A DNA stretch of 64,000 nucleotides from a virus: IMG/VR virus record IMGVR_UViG_3300037042_003533, positions 1-64,000 of that record; one strand, 5' to 3'. The notes beneath the pieces were generated by a model. The model did no database searches. It was not told the origin of the DNA and worked only from the letters and a program-made list of their open reading frames with translations. Below, piece by piece: positions 8,023-17,113 of this stretch; the stretch's first letter is position 1, and every line of letters starts with the position of its first letter. Made by a program: the position numbers and the translations under genes.

Positions 8023-8637
8023 ATGACATTATCAGTTACAACCGTAGAGCTTTTAGATGAGCTATTTGGAAGTTTTCTTCTCAAGCCTGGAGATATTGTG
8101 TGGCTCGTTGGTGGGCATCAAGGACTTCAGGTTCAGTTTCTGTTGGATACCTACCCGGATATTCTGATTGAGGTTTACGAGCCCCAACCTGAATGGTCTG
8201 AGTTTTTGAAGAAGCGGTTTCTTGGCTACCCAGTTCGGGTTCACGCCTATGCGTTAGGAGATGTATCAGGAAACTTCTTAGCTGGGTTGCAGGACACAGA
8301 CTGCACCTTCCACTGGAAGCGACTTCAAAAGGAAGGTCTAATCGAAGGCCCGACCAGTATTCTGAAGATGGAAGAGGTTTGTCAAGAGTATTATCTCAAT
8401 TCGTGTAAGCCCACCCTGCTCATGATGAACTGTGAGGGGTCAGAGTTGGAGATTATTAAGCAACTTAACAAATGTAAGTTTATTCGTGAAATTCCTTATA
8501 TCTTGACACAGTTTCATAGTAGGGTGTTGGGGGTTGAGGGATGTCAAGAAGCTTACGATATTTTGGAAGAAACACATAGCATACACTGGCGATACAATGA
8601 GTGGTCTTGGGTGTATGCAGTCAAAAAGGAGAATTAA
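8023..8637 (+). CDS. FkbM-like SAM methyltransferase
   Basis: VGGHQG, YEP, HAYALG, LMMNCEGSE, QFH motifs. Confidence 0.75.
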   Translation: MTLSVTTVELLDELFGSFLLKPGDIVWLVGGHQGLQVQFLLDTYPDILIEVYEPQPEWSEFLKKRFLGYPVRVHAYALGDVSGNFLAGLQDTDCTFHWKRLQKEGLIEGPTSILKMEEVCQEYYLNSCKPTLLMMNCEGSELEIIKQLNKCKFIREIPYILTQFHSRVLGVEGCQEAYDILEETHSIHWRYNEWSWVYAVKKEN

Positions 8638-8641
8638 GTAA

Positions 8642-8974
8642 ATGTCAGAGTCATCGATTATGCAGTTAGTGGTAATGGTTGTTGTTCCATTGGTTATTCT
8701 CGTGCTGGCTTATGTCAACGAGAAGGGGTTTGAAAATCTTGTTTCTCAGATGATTGTTGAGAAGTATTTGAAGCCCTTGAAGCCCTATCAACCCCTGCTG
8801 GTGTCCGCTTTGGGTATTTTGCTGGCCTATATCAGCAAAATCGTTGGGGTAGGGATGGTACCTGACCTGGCTCCCTACCTCACAGCTCCTGGGGACATGG
8901 GTACGATTTTGGCGGGTATTTTGGTGGCTGTATTGAGTATGGCATTCCACCAGAAATCAAATGTGGTTGGGTGA
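8642..8974 (+). CDS. Three-TM membrane protein, possible holin
   Basis: Three hydrophobic segments, AAGGAG RBS. Confidence 0.5.
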   Translation: MSESSIMQLVVMVVVPLVILVLAYVNEKGFENLVSQMIVEKYLKPLKPYQPLLVSALGILLAYISKIVGVGMVPDLAPYLTAPGDMGTILAGILVAVLSMAFHQKSNVVG

Positions 8975-8996
8975 TATAGACGTATCGAATTAAATA

Positions 8997-9023
8997 AGAA
9001 GCTCCACAAGTGTGGGGCTTTCT
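8997..9023 (+). terminator. Probable intrinsic terminator
   Basis: AGAAGCTCCAC-aagt-GTGGGGCTTTCT. Confidence 0.6.
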
Positions 9024-9410
9024 GATTCTTTCAAGGATAACATCATGTACTTTATATCTAGGGATTTTGATTACAAAAGTTTTGTTCTGGGTGGGACTAC
9101 TAATAAACAAGCAGCTTATGACCTGGCAGAGGAACGGGCGGGCAAGAAGCTGGTCTGGGAATTATCTGAAAAGGGAGTGAAGGCTAAGGAAGGTTTGTTT
9201 GTTTACCGGATTGAAGAGGTGACGAGTTAGTGGACAAGTTAATCTATTTCTACGAGGAAATGGACAGTCATCTTTTCCAGGTTGTGGGAGAAGAAGGTCG
9301 TGTTATAGATAAAGTCGACACTTTAGCAGCCGAAGGATTGAATTATCGACTGAAGAAGGCGGGAGTTGATGTCAGGTGGGTAGATCGTAGCCCTAGCAAG
9401 GAGAGAAAAC

Positions 9411-9860
9411 ATGTTCGTCAGTTGGTATCGGATTATTCCAATCATTGTGTTGGTTGTTCTGCTGGGGTGTAGTGGGGCAGAGAGTTTTGTGGTTACATTG
9501 ACGCCGGAAGGAACTAAGGGTACAATCCCTACTATGACAAGTATGCCTTCTATTATTTACCCTACTTTAGTGCCAACTAGGGAACTTACTATAACGCCTA
9601 CACTCGAAGCTATGCTTTGTGATGAGACCCCTGTTACCATTGAGTGCAAGGCGACGGTGTGTATTGTGCGGGATAGCCCAAGTAGTGGCACAGGGGCAAT
9701 AGCTTATACAGTGCCTAATAGTACCTTGCTAGACGGCGCTCTAAGTTGCAGGTGTGAAACTTGTGCAAGTATCGAGCAGAACTGGTTTTACCTTGGAGAG
9801 ACCAACGAGGATCAGTTCTGGGCAATCAGCATGTACAAAGTTTGGGAATTAAAGGACTAA
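9411..9860 (+). CDS. Lipoprotein with Thr/Pro-rich linker and SH3b-like domain
   Basis: Hydrophobic signal with LLGC lipobox, TP-rich tract, IVRDSPS motif. Confidence 0.65.
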   Translation: MFVSWYRIIPIIVLVVLLGCSGAESFVVTLTPEGTKGTIPTMTSMPSIIYPTLVPTRELTITPTLEAMLCDETPVTIECKATVCIVRDSPSSGTGAIAYTVPNSTLLDGALSCRCETCASIEQNWFYLGETNEDQFWAISMYKVWELKD

Positions 9861-9864
9861 TACT

Positions 9865-11205
9865 ATGCCATATGTACCCATAGAAGCAATTCGTAGATTT
9901 CAAAATAACCCAGACTTAACAACGAAAGAATTGGAAAACATTCCAAACTATCTAGGTGTCCCTGCTTCAGCAAGAACGGCGCGACGCTGGCATTTATACT
10001 TGTTGGAGGGTTTAGCAGACCCACTTCCCCCAGAAGAGCCCCAGCAGGAGCTTGACGAGGGGATTTCTATGATTGAAGAAGATTATACACTTCAAATAAC
10101 AAGTAATTCCGAAACGATCAAGACTTTAGAGCAATTACTAGATTCATGTGAAGCTGATTTAAGTCTTTGGAAGGTAGATCGCTGGGAGATTAAGTCTTAT
10201 CAAGGATACCGTAAGGATGAACACAAGAACCTTCAGTTTAATGAAGGTAAGATGACCGGGATTATCATCGATGATGGTAATGTTAAGCTTGCTACAATGT
10301 ACTCGGTTAAAGTTTGGTTTGTAAAGCGAGAAGAAAAACCTTTCGAAGATGTTCTTGATAACTTAATAGCTAAACTAGAAGCAAGACCTCATCCGGTTAA
10401 TATTGTAAAGAATTATCCTAAAGGGGAGTATCTGCTTCTGCCGGGAATTTCAGACGTTCACTTTGCTAGACTGTCTTTAGACGGTAAATATACACCTGAG
10501 CAAACTCTAAAAGACCTTGATGATGTAGGGGATGCTATAATTGGTCGTTCACTGGCTATGGGGCTTCCGGTGAATCGAATACTGCTTCCTGTTGGGAACG
10601 ATTTACTAAATGTGGATAATCTATCCAACACCACGACCAGAGGAACCTGGCAAGAAAATTCGGCTGGTATCCGGGACGCCATTGATGCTGTTTGTATAGG
10701 TCTTGTTAATATGATTATAAAGTTTAGGGAAGTTGCCCCGGTTGATGTGAAGCTAATACCGGGAAACCATGACCGGTACAGCATGTATTGGCTGGGGAAA
10801 ACTCTGGAGGCTTATTTTCGCTCAGATAAGTATGTGTCAGTTGACAATGCTCAATCCCCCAGAAAGTATTATCAATATGGGGCTAACCTTATTGGTATGG
10901 AGCACGGGGATCGTGTAAAGGGTAAGGAACTAGCTCTTATAATGGCTCAGGAAGCCCCACAGATGTGGGGTAGCACCCGGCATCGTGTGTTTTTCCGAGG
11001 GCATTTTCACAAAGAGTATGAGATGTACGTCCCAATAGCTGACGCAGGTGGCGTACACGTTGTCACCTTCCCTGCCTTTTGTCCCCCCGATAGTTGGGAG
11101 CTTTTGATGGGATATATTGGTAACAATCGGGCAGGGATTGCACACTTCTTTCACTTTAATCAGGGTCGGGCAGGATCATTTCCAGTATTTATGAACGAGC
11201 TTTAG
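9865..11205 (+). CDS. Calcineurin-like metallophosphoesterase (nuclease-like)
   Basis: DVH, GND, GNHD, HGD, GHFH motifs. Confidence 0.85.
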   Translation: MPYVPIEAIRRFQNNPDLTTKELENIPNYLGVPASARTARRWHLYLLEGLADPLPPEEPQQELDEGISMIEEDYTLQITSNSETIKTLEQLLDSCEADLSLWKVDRWEIKSYQGYRKDEHKNLQFNEGKMTGIIIDDGNVKLATMYSVKVWFVKREEKPFEDVLDNLIAKLEARPHPVNIVKNYPKGEYLLLPGISDVHFARLSLDGKYTPEQTLKDLDDVGDAIIGRSLAMGLPVNRILLPVGNDLLNVDNLSNTTTRGTWQENSAGIRDAIDAVCIGLVNMIIKFREVAPVDVKLIPGNHDRYSMYWLGKTLEAYFRSDKYVSVDNAQSPRKYYQYGANLIGMEHGDRVKGKELALIMAQEAPQMWGSTRHRVFFRGHFHKEYEMYVPIADAGGVHVVTFPAFCPPDSWELLMGYIGNNRAGIAHFFHFNQGRAGSFPVFMNEL

Positions 11206-11429
11206 GAGAGTTAGATGTTGATTGACAAACGTATCATTAAAGACATCGAGTGGCTAGAAGATGAATCCGGTTGGTATTGGATAGCGACTGAAATTGATAA
11301 TAACGGGAAGCAGATTGGTAGAACAGGAAATTACTACGAATTATACTTAGACCCTAAAGATATGGCAACGTATCGCCTTTCAAAAGAAGACCAGGAAGAA
11401 GACATTAAACTACTATTTGAAATTCGTCC

Positions 11430-11458
11430 TTGACAACCTCCAATCTCTATGCTATACT
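11430..11458 (+). promoter_or_regulatory. Consensus sigma70 promoter
   Basis: TTGACA-17bp-TATACT with extended -10. Confidence 0.9.
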
Positions 11459-11480
11459 ATAATTAGAGAAAGGAAATAAA

Positions 11481-11720
11481 ATGAGAACACTACAAGATTT
11501 TAACAATAAGAACAAACCCATCGATGAGATGGTAGAAGAAAACATGGGATTTGTGACTTCGGACAGCGGCCCCTACCTAGAGATAGATTGGTATGCAGAA
11601 GATCACAACCCAGAAGAGAAATGGTTTGACACGGATTTAGGGCCCAACCCTAAAATCCAAGTAACTGTAGATGGTACGGTATATTTAAGAACAGATATAT
11701 CGCGGTTTTCAAAGAGTTAA
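11481..11720 (+). CDS. Acidic hypothetical protein in its own transcription unit
   Basis: Own promoter, AAAGGA RBS and terminator. Confidence 0.8.
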   Translation: MRTLQDFNNKNKPIDEMVEENMGFVTSDSGPYLEIDWYAEDHNPEEKWFDTDLGPNPKIQVTVDGTVYLRTDISRFSKS

Positions 11721-11738
11721 TTAAATAGCAGGCCAAAT

Positions 11739-11766
11739 AACAGGCTCCCATGAGGGGCCTGTTTTT
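11739..11766 (+). terminator. Intrinsic terminator
   Basis: AACAGGCTCC..GGGGCCTGTT followed by a T-run. Confidence 0.85.
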
Positions 11767-11808
11767 GATTCTATATCTTTCCTGTTACTCTTAAATGGGA
11801 GAGTAAAT

Positions 11809-12606
11809 ATGACTGGTGTACCGAAAATATCAACAACCGAAAAACGATACAGGGAAGGGCTAGGTAAGCAGCACCAGCGTGACGGTATAACTATCCGTTG
11901 CCAATGTGTCTCTAAAACTAATCTTCGCCGACTAAGGGTTGAACGGGGAGATATTGGGTTATCTTCCAGTGATGTTTGGCCTGAAGGTCAGTGTGTGCGG
12001 TCTGCTGTGCCGGGAACCTTTGCCTGTGAGCTTCACGGGGGTGATAGTTTAACTCTTAGGGGCAATAACCCTATAACTCAAGTATTACCCTACGATTTAC
12101 GGGAAAAAATTCAAATCCTTCAGCAGAACCCAGATTACATTAACCGGGAATTCCAAATATGGGAAGTTTTGGGAATGAACGCCCAACTCTACGAAAAGAT
12201 GGCAGAGTTGGGTGGTGGGCCGGACAGTTTTGAGAAGATTCTTGACGGTGTAACTATGATTGAGAAGGGTAACATTGTTGGTGGCACTGAGGGTATTCGG
12301 GAGGTTGTGTTGTCTGAGAAGGCTCAACGCGAGTTGCGAGACGAAATCCGTACTAACATGAGCCTTCTGAAGGAATTGACAAAGGTACAGGTGTCCACTG
12401 CTAAGGAACTCAAGACCATGGCAACCACTGACCAGGTTATGTCCATGGCTGAAGGGATTGTGGATGACTTCATTCACGACGTTAAGGAAGTTGTAGAGGA
12501 TAAGACAACGGCAAATCGCCTGATAGACCGATTTGTAAGATCGGTTAAGCTACGAATTAACGCGCGAGTCCCTGTGGGTAAGGAGATGCTTGATGCCAGC
12601 AACTAG
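11809..12606 (+). CDS. Putative terminase small subunit
   Basis: C..C..CELHGG zinc motif then helical region; directly upstream of TerL. Confidence 0.6.
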   Translation: MTGVPKISTTEKRYREGLGKQHQRDGITIRCQCVSKTNLRRLRVERGDIGLSSSDVWPEGQCVRSAVPGTFACELHGGDSLTLRGNNPITQVLPYDLREKIQILQQNPDYINREFQIWEVLGMNAQLYEKMAELGGGPDSFEKILDGVTMIEKGNIVGGTEGIREVVLSEKAQRELRDEIRTNMSLLKELTKVQVSTAKELKTMATTDQVMSMAEGIVDDFIHDVKEVVEDKTTANRLIDRFVRSVKLRINARVPVGKEMLDASN

Positions 12607-14341
12607 TGGAAATGGTGACCTCATCTCCTCTGCTCTGGAGAGAATGGTCAACAAGTTAGAAAATATTTCTGACCAACGAACCATCCCTCCTTCTGAGTGG
12701 CTTGAGAAGTATTTCTGGATTCCTGAACCCCGTGATCCGGTTACAGATATGTTGTATCCTCCAGGGCCCATTCGTTTGGTTGAACATCAGAGAAGAATTA
12801 TAGATGAAGCTCTGTCTCGTAAGCCTAATGGCCTCTTCAAGTACACAAACATCATTTACTCAGCCCCTAAGAAATCGGGAAAGTCCACTCTGGCTTCAGG
12901 GGTTGCTCTTTACCTAACTTATCACACCCCCTATGGGAAAATCTTCTGCCTGGCAAATGATGGCAAGCAAGCAGATGACAGACTTATGGGCCCTATTCTC
13001 CAATGTATAGACTTCCATAAAGCCAACGGGCTTCTTCTAAAAGATGTAAAAACAATTCCATCCGAAGCGAAGGCAAAACTTAGTAACAAGGCAGTTATCG
13101 AGGCTATCCCCTGTGACGCTGCTGGAGAGGCTGGGTCAGAGCCGACCGGTGTTTTCCTGAGTGAAGTTCACGCCTATACTTCTCTCCCCAAGCGAAAGTT
13201 GTTCACAGAATTAACTATTCCTCCCACCAAATGGGGGAGGGCGATCAGGTGGATTGATAGCTATGCTGGCTACATGGGTGTTTCGGTTCTGTTGTGGGAA
13301 ATTTATCAAGAAGCTGTTCTGAATGCAGTTCCCCATCCCGACTTTCTTGATCTCACCAGTGAGGGCGAGCCGGTTGTGTGGATAAATGAGGGGGCTAGTA
13401 CCTTCTGCTACTGGGATCATGAGCAGAGACTAATGAGGGATGTAGAGGCTTACTACCAGCAAGAAGCCAGGATGCTTACTCCTTCTGAGTTTGAACGTAT
13501 TCATAAGAATCGCTGGGTCAGTGCTCTGGGCTCCTTTGTCCAACCGGAATGGTGGGATGCTTGCCAGGATGAGAGCATAGGGCCTTTGCTGGATAATAAA
13601 ACACCTGTTGTGATAGCAGTTGATGCGGCAGAAACTAATGACTGTGCTGCGATTGTGGCTGTAACAAGGCATCCTAAGTACCCAGAAACTGACATAGCTA
13701 TCAGGGCCTGTAAAATCTTCCGGCCTATTCCCGGCAAAAGTGTAGTGATCTTAGAAGACACTATCGGGAAGACTATTCAGGAATGGGGTAAGAAGTGGAA
13801 TATTGTTTGTATAGCCTATGATGCTTTCCAGATGGCAAAACTGGTACAGGATTATCGTCGTGGTCAGGTGACATTAGACCAGAATGATATTAAGGGCATG
13901 AATGATGAAGAAATCAATGCCTATATCAAAGAGATTCAGAGAGCTATCCAACGATGGTATTTCAGGTTCTCCCAGCAAACTACTCGGTCTATTGCGGATA
14001 AGCAGCTCTATGACATGATTGTCAATCAGCAGATTCACTGGAATCCTAACGACCGAGATAGTGACATCACTCCCCGTGGTAACGACGAAACTTTAACCAA
14101 GCATGTCAAGCAGGCGGGGGTAGATCAGACCAAGGGCCAGTACCGTATCAAGAAGCTATCCAACGATCTAAAGATCGATGCGACGGTTGCTCTTTCAATG
14201 GCAGCCGAGCGTTGTATGACGTTAATTTTAGAAAATAAAGAAAACAGCGATAATACAATAGAATCATTGTATCGAGATCAACTAATTGATTACAGCGAGT
14301 ATATAGCTCGCAAAGCAAGGGCAACTGTAAAGAATGTCTAA
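12590..14341 (+). CDS. terL: Terminase large subunit
   Basis: Walker A PKKSGKS, Walker B-like FLSEVH, nuclease IAVDAA..D, YDAFQ, KIDATVALSMA. Confidence 0.92.
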   Translation: MMPATSGNGDLISSALERMVNKLENISDQRTIPPSEWLEKYFWIPEPRDPVTDMLYPPGPIRLVEHQRRIIDEALSRKPNGLFKYTNIIYSAPKKSGKSTLASGVALYLTYHTPYGKIFCLANDGKQADDRLMGPILQCIDFHKANGLLLKDVKTIPSEAKAKLSNKAVIEAIPCDAAGEAGSEPTGVFLSEVHAYTSLPKRKLFTELTIPPTKWGRAIRWIDSYAGYMGVSVLLWEIYQEAVLNAVPHPDFLDLTSEGEPVVWINEGASTFCYWDHEQRLMRDVEAYYQQEARMLTPSEFERIHKNRWVSALGSFVQPEWWDACQDESIGPLLDNKTPVVIAVDAAETNDCAAIVAVTRHPKYPETDIAIRACKIFRPIPGKSVVILEDTIGKTIQEWGKKWNIVCIAYDAFQMAKLVQDYRRGQVTLDQNDIKGMNDEEINAYIKEIQRAIQRWYFRFSQQTTRSIADKQLYDMIVNQQIHWNPNDRDSDITPRGNDETLTKHVKQAGVDQTKGQYRIKKLSNDLKIDATVALSMAAERCMTLILENKENSDNTIESLYRDQLIDYSEYIARKARATVKNV

Positions 14342-15929
14342 AAAGAAAAAGGCAAGCGAGCTGGTGGTAATTGACCCACCTCAAGTAGAAGAGAAGAAAT
14401 TTAGTGCTGAGCTAACTCAGCAATCTGTGATGGCAACTCCAAAAGCAGCAGAAAATGTCAATCCTTCTGCTCCTTTGCTGTTCATGGTGAGTTCTGTTGC
14501 GGATAGCATTACACCATGGGGGACAAGTATCAAAAAGCGAGATAATGAGTTACGGGAGTTTGTAGTCTCGGAACCTGTGTTATCTTCTGCGGTGTATAGT
14601 GCCTCGGTAAGAAATGCCTCCTTTGAGTGGGAGATTATTCCTGCTGACCCAGAGGCTCCCAACCCTAAAAACACTATCAAAGCAGTTACGAAGATGTTGG
14701 TTAATTCCAATCGGGGTTTGGGTTGGAAGAATTTGATGCTGAAGACCTGTAGTGATCTTTACCAAATGGACAATGGGTCTTTTTGGGAAGTTATTCGGGC
14801 AGCCGACGACCCTTCTTCGGCTGTTCTCAATGTAGCTCATCTAGATTCAGCTCGCTGCTATCGAACAGGTGATCCTGAAATTCCAGTGCTCTATATTGAT
14901 CGATTGGGTGTATATCATTTCCTTAAGTGGTATCAGGTTATAACTATTGAGGAGTTTCCTTCCCCTATTGAGAGTTTGTATGGTATTCAAGTATGTGCGG
15001 TCTCACGTGCGCTCAGGATGGCACAAATCCTGAAGGATATTGAGGTCTACAAACTTGAGAAGGTATCAGGTCGCTGGGCCCGCTCGATTGAGTTGGTGGG
15101 TGGCATTTCCCGTGGTGAGATTGAGGATGCCTTCAAGTTAGCTTCTGCCGAGTTTGACAACATGGGTCTGACCCGGTTCAATCCTCACGTTATTATCCCC
15201 GGCATTGACCCAACCTCTGCTGTATCCCACGAAACCATTGATCTAGCCAGCTTGCCAGACAATTTCTCCTTCGATGAAGAGATGAAATGGTATGTGGCAA
15301 TCCTCGCTATGGCTTTTGGTGTGGATTATCAGGAATTTGCTCCTCTGCCCTCTGGTAACTTAGGTTCTGGACAGCAATCAGAAATCCTTCACATGAAAAC
15401 CAGAGGAAAGGGCCCTGCTATGATTATGGGTCTCTTCGAGTATATCTTGAATAACTGTGGTCTTATACCTTCTACTGTAAAGTTCCAGTTTAAGGTTCAT
15501 GACTCACAGGCGGAAGAGAGTCAAGCAAACAGCAGGTTCTTGCGCGGGAAAGATAGGGCGCTTAGAGTTCAAAGTGGTGAGTTGGATATTATCGGGGCTA
15601 GACAGCTTGCAATCAAGGATGGAGATTTGCCTGAATATCTTGCTAATGACATGGATGAGAGGGGGGTTGAGACAGACGGAGAAAATATTCCTGCTGTTGA
15701 GCAGTCGGGGACTCCAGATGGTACAGGGGGCTTTCTTCCTAAAAATGAAGGTGGGGAGAATATGACTTCAAGTCAGATTGAGAGCGGGACTGCTTCTCGA
15801 AATCAGCGCAAGGCAATTGCTGAGGGTGGTATGAGGGGACTACCAACAACCAATCTACCTATGATCCTAGATGAGGATATTGAGAAAGAACGCAGGGACT
15901 TGGGCCAGTATTTGTTAGGAAAAAGCTAA
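14334..15929 (+). CDS. Portal protein
   Basis: Follows TerL; size; DLYQMDNGSFWEV and AMAFGV segments typical of portals. Confidence 0.85.
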   Translation: MSKKKKASELVVIDPPQVEEKKFSAELTQQSVMATPKAAENVNPSAPLLFMVSSVADSITPWGTSIKKRDNELREFVVSEPVLSSAVYSASVRNASFEWEIIPADPEAPNPKNTIKAVTKMLVNSNRGLGWKNLMLKTCSDLYQMDNGSFWEVIRAADDPSSAVLNVAHLDSARCYRTGDPEIPVLYIDRLGVYHFLKWYQVITIEEFPSPIESLYGIQVCAVSRALRMAQILKDIEVYKLEKVSGRWARSIELVGGISRGEIEDAFKLASAEFDNMGLTRFNPHVIIPGIDPTSAVSHETIDLASLPDNFSFDEEMKWYVAILAMAFGVDYQEFAPLPSGNLGSGQQSEILHMKTRGKGPAMIMGLFEYILNNCGLIPSTVKFQFKVHDSQAEESQANSRFLRGKDRALRVQSGELDIIGARQLAIKDGDLPEYLANDMDERGVETDGENIPAVEQSGTPDGTGGFLPKNEGGENMTSSQIESGTASRNQRKAIAEGGMRGLPTTNLPMILDEDIEKERRDLGQYLLGKS

Positions 15930-16552
15930 TGCGTGTGTCTGAAGCTCAGATAAGACTCTATCAAGATGAGATGGAGCGAGTTAAAGCAGAGTTTGCTAAC
16001 TATGCTGATGATTATCTTGCGCGGGGAAAGGATTTAGGACTGTTTAAGTACCAGATGCAGCAGGGTCTTAAAAGTTACTACATCCGTATTGCTCTGATAG
16101 CAAAAGGTCAGAAGAAGTTCACGAAACTAGATAAAAAAGACCTTCAAAGGTTTTTAGGTATGATCTATGGCTATCTTGATGGCTTTATAGCTGATTTGGG
16201 CAACTACAAAGCACTTGCTTCAGACCAGGGTGTTGTTTCCAGAGCATCCTCTTATGGATATGGTTGGGGAGTATTCAGCCGTTACACAATTCCAGGAGAA
16301 CTGGCTGATATGCTGCCTGACCTCCCCGGTGTTTCTTGCATGGGTGGGGAAGCTTGTGGGTGTTGGTTGGAATATGACGCGGATGAAGAGGGGTATCATG
16401 TTTACTGGTATGTTACACCTCTCAAGAACCATTGTCCTGTGTGTGCTGACCTGACAATCGAGTGGAGTCCTCTAACTATTTCACGGGAGGAGTTGGTGGA
16501 GGAGTGGGGGGATGAGATACTTGATGAGAACGGGGAAATCATCGAATTTTAA
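15929..16552 (+). CDS. Head morphogenesis-like protein
   Basis: Position after portal; C.G...C.C and HCPVC motifs. Confidence 0.5.
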   Translation: MRVSEAQIRLYQDEMERVKAEFANYADDYLARGKDLGLFKYQMQQGLKSYYIRIALIAKGQKKFTKLDKKDLQRFLGMIYGYLDGFIADLGNYKALASDQGVVSRASSYGYGWGVFSRYTIPGELADMLPDLPGVSCMGGEACGCWLEYDADEEGYHVYWYVTPLKNHCPVCADLTIEWSPLTISREELVEEWGDEILDENGEIIEF

Positions 16553-16567
16553 TTTAATGTTTTGTAG

Positions 16568-17113
16568 TTGTATAGTGGTGTCATGAAGGAAAGCATTGTC
16601 ATTCGGCCTATTTTGCCTGCTAACATGAGATTTTTCTCTGATGCAGACGAAATTATAAAAGATTCTCTAAAAGCTGCTATGGTGGGACCGGTGGCAAAAC
16701 TTCTAAAGGGCGCAGAGGAAGAGGTTATTGAGGATTGGGAACACAAACCTGCCATAGCTTCTGTCTTTGAAGAATTAAAAACTTTATACAGATTAACGGT
16801 TCTACCAAAAGGTGTTAATAAACGATACTGGGTATTTGTGTCCTTTGGTATTGAGCCTCATCCGATAAGGTCTAAATCTGGTTCTAACCTTTTTATAAAA
16901 GGTGGATACTCAGCTAAAACAAGGGCAGGCGGGGGTAAAGGGTCAGGGGGTTATGCGGGGCCGATGTACTGGTGGCCCAATCCAGTAGTTGATAACTGGC
17001 CTGGCATTAAACCTAGATACTTTGAGAAGAGAATTAAGAAGGATAGCGAGAGAAAGATTGTGTCTCTTATTATGTCAGCCTGGAACAAGGCTTGTGCTAA
17101 AGCGGGGAAATGA
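16568..17113 (+). CDS. Virion morphogenesis protein (HK97 gp10-like)
   Basis: FVSFG..PH.I and PGIKPRYF motifs. Confidence 0.55.
   Translation: MYSGVMKESIVIRPILPANMRFFSDADEIIKDSLKAAMVGPVAKLLKGAEEEVIEDWEHKPAIASVFEELKTLYRLTVLPKGVNKRYWVFVSFGIEPHPIRSKSGSNLFIKGGYSAKTRAGGGKGSGGYAGPMYWWPNPVVDNWPGIKPRYFEKRIKKDSERKIVSLIMSAWNKACAKAGK

Noticed and set aside
9012-9044. GTG start at 9012
   Set aside because: It lies inside a terminator hairpin; ATG 9045 has an AAGGA RBS
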